From IMG/VR virus record IMGVR_UViG_3300044556_000025, positions 1-64,000 of that record: a DNA stretch of 64,000 nt. One strand, 5' to 3'. Under the pieces are notes generated by a model, which saw only the letters and a program-made list of their open reading frames with translations, ran no database searches and was not told the DNA's origin. Each line of letters starts with the position of its first letter. The stretch's first letter is position 1. Of this stretch, positions 57,291-64,000 are shown piece after piece. Made by a program: the position numbers and the translations under genes. This stretch comes from a virus (taxonomy: Duplodnaviria > Caudoviricetes).

Positions 57291-57842
57291 GTGATATTGT
57301 TGTTCCAAACTAAGACGTTGTCAGACTATCAAATATACGAAATTTCGTCGTATACAGACGACAAGATTTTCGACTGGGCAGAAGTTTGTGGGATGGGTAA
57401 AGGTGATGCACGATGGTTTGCGCAAGCCAGAAACGAAGCTTTCAAAAGTGACTTCCATACCGCAAAGCTTGGATGCGTCTTAGTTTACAAAAATCACATA
57501 CTGTCTGTAGGACACAATAAGTCTAAGACAGACCCGGTCCAGCGCCGCTATAACACAAAGTATCGAGCTTTCACACGCACCGGAGCGTTCATACAGAATT
57601 GCGGTCATACAATACACGCAGAGATGGATGCTTTAAAGACAGTTCCTTACCCAATAGCGCAGCAAGTAGAATGGAAAAACGTAAACGTATACGTATATCG
57701 CGTGGGCTGGGGGCTTGACGACTATACGGGTCTCGCTCTGCCTTGCCCGGCGTGCGCTCACGCATTGTCGGACATTGGAATTCGTCACGTATACTATACG
57801 ACGGGTCACGATGACATGCAGTTCGGTCATTGTGACATCTGA
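57291..57842 (+). CDS. dCMP/cytidine deaminase-like protein
   Basis: IHAEMDAL, PCPAC, GIRHVYYT. Confidence 0.85.
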   Translation: MILLFQTKTLSDYQIYEISSYTDDKIFDWAEVCGMGKGDARWFAQARNEAFKSDFHTAKLGCVLVYKNHILSVGHNKSKTDPVQRRYNTKYRAFTRTGAFIQNCGHTIHAEMDALKTVPYPIAQQVEWKNVNVYVYRVGWGLDDYTGLALPCPACAHALSDIGIRHVYYTTGHDDMQFGHCDI

Positions 57843-57970
57843 GCAATCGTTAATTTCATAAAGTGCCTAGAAGAAGAGGTAGTTAATGGAACACATTATC
57901 AACGTAGCTTTCGACGCGGGATGTAAAAAGACGCATAAAGACGCTATAAACGAAGCGGTTAACGAGCTTA

Positions 57971-58168
57971 ATGCAGGAAACGATGAACAAACAACAACGC
58001 CGAGCTCTGAAATTAACTAATAACATAATGTCTAATTGCGGTATATCATGTAGTTCATGTTCATATTACAGACGTATTTTTGTAAGTGCGCACGGTACGT
58101 GCAAAGGTAGCAGAGTTGTTAAAGATTCTGGCTGGTGTTACGAATGGTCACCGAAGAACGAGAAATAA
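57971..58168 (+). CDS. Small Cys-rich protein
   Basis: CSSCSYY..C..WC. Confidence 0.5.
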   Translation: MQETMNKQQRRALKLTNNIMSNCGISCSSCSYYRRIFVSAHGTCKGSRVVKDSGWCYEWSPKNEK

Positions 58169-58692
58169 CTAAGGAAGCCCCTTCGGGAGCTATTGTTTAC
58201 AATCATAAACAGATGTACTCTGTTTTCCGTAACGGTATGAACGTGTCTAGTCGATCTAATTGTCATCTATTCAATGATGACGAAATTAAACATTATTTTT
58301 CGTTATTCAAAAACACGATGCACCCAGATAAAGAGGTTTCATGTGTTTGCGATGATCTTGGATTCACGTTTGATTCAGTTTTAGGAGCGGGTCGAGTTCG
58401 CTTAGCCGTATACGGAACTGACAGAAAGACAATATATGTGTGGCACGAAGTTCTTCCCTATCCGACAGCTTACGATGTAGATGACCTTATTACCTCTTTA
58501 CGTGACAACACACACAATAAGAATCGAAAAGTAAACGTAATGACAACGCCTTATTCGAAGAGAACATCATTTGAGCTATTCGGATATGTTTTTACGTTTT
58601 ACAAAAATATGGATACGAATCCGATATATATGGAATCAATGAGAGATACGAGAACCGGAGACACTTGGACAGTTGCTCATTACTTACATTAG
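58135..58692 (+). CDS. Hypothetical protein
   Basis: Coupled ORF. Confidence 0.6.
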   Translation: MLRMVTEEREITKEAPSGAIVYNHKQMYSVFRNGMNVSSRSNCHLFNDDEIKHYFSLFKNTMHPDKEVSCVCDDLGFTFDSVLGAGRVRLAVYGTDRKTIYVWHEVLPYPTAYDVDDLITSLRDNTHNKNRKVNVMTTPYSKRTSFELFGYVFTFYKNMDTNPIYMESMRDTRTGDTWTVAHYLH

Positions 58693-58712
58693 GCTGAAAG
58701 GAATACGAAGTA

Positions 58713-59345
58713 ATGAATGACGAATCTAATGAACGTGCAAGCTCAGAAGACTGCAAGAAGTATGCCCCAGCTGACATACCCGCAAATAATATGCCCGACG
58801 TAATAGACGACGAGGTGTGGTCTGAGATACCGGGCTTCTCTCGCTATCAGGCGTCTAATTACGGACGAGTCAGGTCTAAAGACGTAACTAAGAGGACAGT
58901 AGACAGATACGGGCATAAGATCGAATATATCGTCAAAGGCAAGATGTTACATCAATATCTTAACATGGTAGGGTATCCAACTATTAATATACAGGATGAC
59001 AATGGCAAATATCACGTTCCGTCTACTCACTCAGTCATAATGCTAGCGTTTACGGGCATACCTGCCAAAGTCGGCGTCAGGTGTGTCGATCATAAAGACT
59101 GCAACAAATTGAACAACAAGCTCGAAAATCTAGAATATGTCTCATATAAAGAGAACACCCACAGGGCAAAGAGCAACGGGCTGTTACACGGGAAGCGTAA
59201 GGTGTTGTGCGTTGACGACAACAAAGAGTTTGACTCTGTATCTAGCTGTACTACATATTATAGCTTCTACCAATCGTCACTTAAAACGTTGTTCGAGCGC
59301 AATGACGTCATACAATATTCGGGAAAGACATTTAAGCTAATATAA
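58713..59345 (+). CDS. NUMOD4-HNH homing endonuclease
   Basis: WSEIPGF.RYQASNYGRVRS; VDHKDCNKLNN..NLE..EN..A. Confidence 0.88.
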   Translation: MNDESNERASSEDCKKYAPADIPANNMPDVIDDEVWSEIPGFSRYQASNYGRVRSKDVTKRTVDRYGHKIEYIVKGKMLHQYLNMVGYPTINIQDDNGKYHVPSTHSVIMLAFTGIPAKVGVRCVDHKDCNKLNNKLENLEYVSYKENTHRAKSNGLLHGKRKVLCVDDNKEFDSVSSCTTYYSFYQSSLKTLFERNDVIQYSGKTFKLI

Positions 59346-59394
59346 TTATAAAGTCTTGTATATCTAACACTGGCAAATCGTCGAAGGGAACATA

Positions 59395-60216
59395 ATGGCA
59401 CTAAGCGAAAAAGTAGATCTTCTAGGCAAAGGCTTGTACAACGGAAAGATTCCAGACACTATTACTATCAAGTCCATTCCGACCGCCTCAGAACTAGATT
59501 ATGTAGGGGCGGAAGACTTTGATAACGTGATGCTGGACAAGATCTTGCCGCAGTGTATAGAAGAGAAGTTTAACACTCGCCTTCTTCTAGAAATCGACTA
59601 TTATTGGGTACTTCGTTGCCTCAGGCTACTGAATTACGGTCCATACGTAAACACCGGTGCCGTTTTCTGTGACAAGTGCAATCAAGTGTCTTATGGGGAT
59701 TACATAGGAAATTTGAGTACCGTCGATTGTATCCCACTGCCCGATGGGTTCGTCAACTCTATTAAGATCTCTCGAGACGAATTTATTTCGTTCAACAAAG
59801 ACGTTACTTTTAAGCTTCCGACAATCCAAGACATTCTTAACTCGCGCAAAGACAAATCGTTCCAGGGTTCTGACGGCAAGACAAACACAATGTTTGCGCG
59901 CATTTGTTATATGATTACCTCTATCGGAAACGAGCCAATGGACCCGATTATGGTTCGCTCTACTCTACAGAAGAATATGGAATCAGCTGACTTCATCCTT
60001 CTCGAAGACAAAATTCACGAACTCGAGAATTACGGTCTTCGCTCTTCAGGTAAGATTACATGCCCTAAGTGTGGAAACGAAGACGCACGATTCTTAGCGT
60101 TTGTAGACGAGAAATTGTTTCGTCCAACCGTGGCTGAACTACGGAAATGGCGAGACGATCGTCGTGCAAGGGAAAACAAAAACGTATCTCGAAATGAGAA
60201 ACGAAGCGTGCGATAA
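59395..60216 (+). CDS. T4 gp26-like baseplate hub/tail assembly chaperone
   Basis: D..L..LR..YG, CxxC twice, C-terminal FRP. Confidence 0.7.
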   Translation: MALSEKVDLLGKGLYNGKIPDTITIKSIPTASELDYVGAEDFDNVMLDKILPQCIEEKFNTRLLLEIDYYWVLRCLRLLNYGPYVNTGAVFCDKCNQVSYGDYIGNLSTVDCIPLPDGFVNSIKISRDEFISFNKDVTFKLPTIQDILNSRKDKSFQGSDGKTNTMFARICYMITSIGNEPMDPIMVRSTLQKNMESADFILLEDKIHELENYGLRSSGKITCPKCGNEDARFLAFVDEKLFRPTVAELRKWRDDRRARENKNVSRNEKRSVR

Positions 60217-60382
60217 CATACTAGACGAGGCAATGTTCATATCTCGCGCTTCCGAAGGTGCAGTTTCGATAGATTGGGTAATGAACCAGCCTATATCTGT
60301 TAGAAAGAAATATGTACGTCAATTCGAAGAAGAGTTGAAAAAGCGTCAAGCTGAACTTAACAGCTTGAGCAAAAATAAATAG
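60164..60382 (+). CDS. Overlapping partner ORF (gp51-like, or a frameshift extension of the chaperone)
   Basis: +1 frame; S.DWVMNQP..R..Y motif; weak start. Confidence 0.6.
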   Translation: MQGKTKTYLEMRNEACDNILDEAMFISRASEGAVSIDWVMNQPISVRKKYVRQFEEELKKRQAELNSLSKNK

Positions 60383-60393
60383 GAGGATCAGCG

Positions 60394-60822
60394 ATGTGCG
60401 AGATTAGCGACAAAATCCGCAAATGGTGCGGCACTTGCCGTGACAGCTGCATCGACGAAGACGATTGCGACGGGCTTCGAGACCTTGCCGACCGCGTGGA
60501 CGCGGAGACAGTGGAGCTGCCGAAATCTGCGGATGGAAAAATCTGGACCGGCAGAGAGGTGTGCTTCTGGACCGGCGCGACGGAAGGAGACTGGCACGAT
60601 TTTAATAGTCTCGTCTACATCAACGGCAAGTGGTGCGTAGAGGACAAACACTGGCAAAGGTACCCGGCGGCATCTGCCTGGTACGAGCGCCCCGACAGCT
60701 TGGAGCGCATAGCCGACGAGCTGGACGAGATGGTGGATGCGGCAGACTCCGCCGACGATAGATGCGAGAAGCTCGCCGACCTCGCGGAAAGAATCCGCAG
60801 GCTGGCAGCGAAGGAGGGCTAG
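60394..60822 (+). CDS. Hypothetical protein
   Basis: AGGAGG RBS; ELPKSADG and PDSLERIADEL motifs. Confidence 0.75.
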   Translation: MCEISDKIRKWCGTCRDSCIDEDDCDGLRDLADRVDAETVELPKSADGKIWTGREVCFWTGATEGDWHDFNSLVYINGKWCVEDKHWQRYPAASAWYERPDSLERIADELDEMVDAADSADDRCEKLADLAERIRRLAAKEG

Positions 60823-60824
60823 CG

Positions 60825-61127
60825 ATGAGCAAGATGTACACATTCATGTATGAGCCGATGACCCGCCAAAACGAGTACATCGTAAACGGCGGGATAATTC
60901 ACGCGGTAAACACCAGCCGCATCGAAGACGTTCAATTTTGGGGAGACATGGCGCGCGTTTGCCTTGTTTCGGGTGCGAAGTTCAACGTAACGAGAGACGA
61001 AGCGATTCTCCTTTTGGATTCGCTCGACAGATGGCACGAAGGAGCTTCGAAGGAACTTGCCTACATGGAGGATGCGGTCATGAAATACGAGAGCGCAAAG
61101 AGAGACGAAAAGGGTGACCAGCGATGA
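60825..61127 (+). CDS. Hypothetical protein
   Basis: GGAGG RBS. Confidence 0.65.
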   Translation: MSKMYTFMYEPMTRQNEYIVNGGIIHAVNTSRIEDVQFWGDMARVCLVSGAKFNVTRDEAILLLDSLDRWHEGASKELAYMEDAVMKYESAKRDEKGDQR

Positions 61128-61360
61128 ACGGTTCCGAACACGTGCATGAGTGCGTAGGCTCCTGGACTGACGATGGCGAATGGCAAGTCTCGCCTGGTGA
61201 GCCAATCGTCCGCTGCAAGGACTGCAAGCATGTGTACGAGCACCATGACGCTCGTGGTCGCTGGCTCCTGTGCGGCTTGCAACTTTACGATGAAGTAAAG
61301 CCAGAAGACTTCTGCTCGCGTGGCGAGACGGAGGAGGATTACAGCGATGGCACCGACTAG
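61124..61360 (+). CDS. VRCKDC-family small protein
   Basis: IVRCKDC..FCS.GE. Confidence 0.7.
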   Translation: MNGSEHVHECVGSWTDDGEWQVSPGEPIVRCKDCKHVYEHHDARGRWLLCGLQLYDEVKPEDFCSRGETEEDYSDGTD

Positions 61361-61697
61361 CGACGAGCGCCGCGAGGTAGCGGCAAGGCTACGTGAGGAC
61401 GCGAGCTGTAGCGAGAGGTCCACGCGCTTTGTCGTTGAGTCGTACCTTGGCATTGAGTACGACGGCACCGATATGCTTGAGGAGTCTTACAAGAGCGAAA
61501 GTCTCTTGCACCTCGCCGACCTCATCGACCCTACGTGTACCGTCGAATCCGTGCGTATTCACACGGGAAGTTTTGGATGTGAGGAAGCCGGCTATGAGTA
61601 TACGCTGTCATGTGGTCACACAGTGATTGTCGATGGAGATTTCCCGCCCTCATACTGTGACGAATGCGGCGCGAGGGTGGTGGGCGACGATGATTAG
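61347..61697 (+). CDS. ERREVAARLR/LADLIDP Zn-ribbon family protein
   Basis: Motifs; YCDECGARVV. Confidence 0.75.
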   Translation: MAPTSDERREVAARLREDASCSERSTRFVVESYLGIEYDGTDMLEESYKSESLLHLADLIDPTCTVESVRIHTGSFGCEEAGYEYTLSCGHTVIVDGDFPPSYCDECGARVVGDDD

Positions 61698-62037
61698 CGA
61701 CGAGCGCCGCGAGGTGGCGGCAAGGCTGAGGGCAGAGGTCAGCGAGGGCGAGTGCATCGACTACGCGGTCTTCCGCATCATCAACGACGTGCTCGGGGTC
61801 AATGACGCATGGGGTGCCAAGGCCGCGCGAATCCTCGCCGACCTCATCGACCCTACGTGTCACATCGTCTGTGTCGATGACACATACAACACGCCAGAGA
61901 CAGGCCGTGTTGACGAGTGGCATTACGAGTGCAGCAAGTGTGGCATCGAGCTTGACGATAACGATACGGATGTCATGGATAGTGGAGCAAAGCCGTTTGA
62001 TTACTGCCCGAACTGCGGCGCGAGGGTGGTGCACTAA
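61690..62037 (+). CDS. ERREVAARLR/LADLIDP Zn-ribbon family protein
   Basis: Motifs; YCPNCGARVV. Confidence 0.75.
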   Translation: MISDERREVAARLRAEVSEGECIDYAVFRIINDVLGVNDAWGAKAARILADLIDPTCHIVCVDDTYNTPETGRVDEWHYECSKCGIELDDNDTDVMDSGAKPFDYCPNCGARVVH

Positions 62038-62246
62038 TGGCCGAGTACATCGTTGACACGACAGACGGCATCCTGCACGCCCGCACGACCGGCGAGCTGG
62101 TGAGGTGCAGGGACTGCGAGCACTACAGGCGCGGGCGCTGCGAGTGGCTGGCGCTCGACACCGGGGGCCGCATCGCCAAGCCGGTGCCGTTCAAGCCTGC
62201 GTCTGACGGCTTCTGCGCATGGGGAGAGAAGAGGGAGGGCGATTGA
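62037..62246 (+). CDS. VRCRDC-family small protein
   Basis: LVRCRDC..DGFCAWGE. Confidence 0.7.
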   Translation: MAEYIVDTTDGILHARTTGELVRCRDCEHYRRGRCEWLALDTGGRIAKPVPFKPASDGFCAWGEKREGD

Positions 62247-62391
62247 TGAACGAGAAGAAGCAGGCGCGTCTCGTGGAGCGTGGTCGCAACGAGCTGAACG
62301 GCGGAACATACGAGACGCGGGACATGGGCAACGGTCACGGCTTTTATGCGGACTTATACTTTGCATGGGGAAAGACGAAGGATTACAAGCG

Positions 62392-62607
62392 GTGAACGGA
62401 TTCGAGCATATCCATGAATGCATCGGTTCCTGGACTGACGATGGCGTATGGCAGGTCTCGCCTGACGATCCAATCGTCCGCTGCAAGGACTGCGCGCTGT
62501 ACGACCGAGAGGACGGGCTATGCTACCGCAGCCCGAACAGATGCGGGAGCTACCGACCAGCACACGACGACGGTTTCTGTGAGTGGGCAAAGAAGCTAGA
62601 GGACTAG
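62392..62607 (+). CDS. VRCKDC-family small protein
   Basis: Near-duplicate of the 61124 N-terminus. Confidence 0.65.
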   Translation: MNGFEHIHECIGSWTDDGVWQVSPDDPIVRCKDCALYDREDGLCYRSPNRCGSYRPAHDDGFCEWAKKLED

Positions 62608-62609
62608 CG

Positions 62610-62888
62610 ATAGCTAAGTTTCGCAAGAATCCGGTAGAGGTCGAAGCCTTTCAGATCTCGATGGACACTATGTGCAAACGCGAGTACCCCCAGTGGTTTT
62701 CCAAATCAGCAGCACAAGGTATCGTTAATATATCTGAGAACCCGAGCTACCCGGTTGCGTGCACCATCAAGACGCTTGAAGGCGATATGAATGCATACAT
62801 CGGCGATTACATCATCAAAGGCGTCAATGGCGAGCTCTACCCATGCAAGCCGGACATTTTCGAGAGAGGTTCCAGTGATGAACAATGA
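62610..62888 (+). CDS. KNPVEVEA/TLEG/GDYI family protein (ATA at the expected start)
   Basis: Paralogue of 51146; start codon possibly mutated. Confidence 0.6.
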   Translation: MAKFRKNPVEVEAFQISMDTMCKREYPQWFSKSAAQGIVNISENPSYPVACTIKTLEGDMNAYIGDYIIKGVNGELYPCKPDIFERGSSDEQ

Positions 62889-63324
62889 TCTTGAGGACAT
62901 CGCCAATCGAGTCATACGCGGCGATTTCGGCAATGGTGAGGACCGTGTGAAGGCTCTCCGTGAAGCTGGATATTGCTACGAAGAGGTCCAGAACAGGGTC
63001 AATGAGCTTCTCGGCGCGTTGGTGCCGGTACGCATTCCCAAAACGATCGGCACAAGCACACCCGGGTGCTGGATTGTATATTCTGACCAGCCCTGTAGCT
63101 GCGTCTGCATGGGCGACATGGTCGATGTCTATCACGATGCAGGCTGCAAAGAAAGCGGGCTCCTCACCGATGTCCAGTATGATCGCTTCGGCAAGCTGTC
63201 CATGGTATGCCTCAAGAAAGAGATAACAGGACCTGGATGGACCAAGTTCTGGCTTGGCGGTTCGGTGAAGGTCCAGTGGGTCCGCCATCCGACCGCCGTC
63301 TGCCATCACAGGGAGGGCAAATGA
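62878..63324 (+). CDS. CW_7-repeat protein fused to an unknown domain
   Basis: LEDIANRVIRGDFGNGEDRVKALREAGY.YEEVQNRVN. Confidence 0.75.
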   Translation: MNNDLEDIANRVIRGDFGNGEDRVKALREAGYCYEEVQNRVNELLGALVPVRIPKTIGTSTPGCWIVYSDQPCSCVCMGDMVDVYHDAGCKESGLLTDVQYDRFGKLSMVCLKKEITGPGWTKFWLGGSVKVQWVRHPTAVCHHREGK

Positions 63325-63581
63325 AGGCATATCTGATGAACCATGACGTGAACCTGGGCTACGGCGTAACCGAGTGGTGGAAGACCGAGGAAGAGGAAAT
63401 CCTCTGCGTGCAATTCTACTCCGAAATAGGCGCGACTATGGTCTTCCCGTATGACATGGAGAAGGACCGTGTTCAGCACTGGAATCCTCTCTTGATGGGG
63501 CACAAGGACATGACCGGTGGCAGGGCCATGCAGGAGCTTGGCTATGAGCCGGTGGAAGGGGACGAAGATGGCACCGACTAG
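63321..63581 (+). CDS. Hypothetical protein
   Basis: GGAGG RBS. Confidence 0.6.
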   Translation: MKAYLMNHDVNLGYGVTEWWKTEEEEILCVQFYSEIGATMVFPYDMEKDRVQHWNPLLMGHKDMTGGRAMQELGYEPVEGDEDGTD

Positions 63582-63882
63582 CAACGAGCGCCGCGAGGTG
63601 GCGGCAAGGCTGAGGACTGAAGTCGGAGAGGATGAGTGTATCGACTATGCCGTGTTCCGAATCATCAACGAGGCTCTTCTAATTAACGGCGCGTGGGGAG
63701 CGAAGGCAGCACGCATCCTTGCCGACCTCATAGACCCGACGTGCAAGGTAAGCTCCGTGGAGACCTACGATGACGAGCTTGGCCAGCTTGAGGGCTGGGA
63801 GTTCCACCTGACATGTGGCCATAGCTTCCAGCGGCCATGGAACGAACCACAAGCATACTGTCCAGAATGCGGCGAAAGGTGA
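63568..63882 (+). CDS. ERREVAARLR/LADLIDP Zn-ribbon family protein
   Basis: Motifs; YCPECG. Confidence 0.75.
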   Translation: MAPTSNERREVAARLRTEVGEDECIDYAVFRIINEALLINGAWGAKAARILADLIDPTCKVSSVETYDDELGQLEGWEFHLTCGHSFQRPWNEPQAYCPECGER

Positions 63883-63888
63883 TGGACG

Positions 63889-64000
63889 ATGACTAGTATC
63901 GAAGAACGACGCGAGGTAGCGGCTAAACTAAGAAAGTACATTCCCTATGCAGAAATGCATGACAAGCAAGGCGATTACGTCATGGAAAGCGACAAATGCG
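63889..64000 (+). CDS. ERREVAAKLR family protein, runs off the window
   Basis: MTSIEERREVAAKLR. Confidence 0.65.
   Translation, partial: MTSIEERREVAAKLRKYIPYAEMHDKQGDYVMESDKC

Larger units (their letters stand above)
60385..64000 (+). other. GC-rich island of small, repeated Cys-rich phage ORFs
   Basis: Abrupt rise in GC and codon change after 60382; internal paralogy. Confidence 0.8.

Noticed and set aside
1-64000. Stop-codon reassignment
   Set aside because: Genes are full length in code 11, and TAA, TAG and TGA all end coupled genes; the split genes change frame and are not read-through cases; no suppressor tRNA

Overview
A 64-kb slice of a large lytic myovirus (jumbo-phage-like, standard genetic code). 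The host is probably a gut Actinobacterium such as Coriobacteriia, inferred from the CW_7+LysM lysin and a GC-rich island. Order of modules: end of an endolysin; Ro60/TROVE gene; a tRNA/ncRNA cluster (Asn, Lys, Ser, an aberrant Gly-like RNA with a hairpin in its D-loop, and Ile2/Met and Leu tRNAs enclosed in long inverted repeats); a replication module (gp32-like SSB, family A polymerase split into two genes with one intein each, beta clamp, DnaX with an Ala1 intein, delta/delta'-like subunits, RecA, Cas4-like nuclease, resolvase); QueD-like and DpdA/TGT-like genes; a packaging/structural module (TerL fractured by a naturally split intein, a catalytically dead LigA paralogue, portal, neck, sheath, tube, fibres); two Hef-like homing endonucleases; two non-autonomous IS200/IS605 TnpB elements; nucleotide/RNA-modifying enzymes (ThyX, radical SAM, SpoU, two deaminases); NAD ligase; and a GC-rich array of shuffled small paralogues at the right end. 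The strongest candidates for something new are the Ro60 plus non-canonical tRNA-like RNA locus, the trans-splicing terminase, the split polymerase with a Hint-like tail, and the pseudo-ligase in the packaging operon. All calls come from reading motifs by eye; no searches were run.
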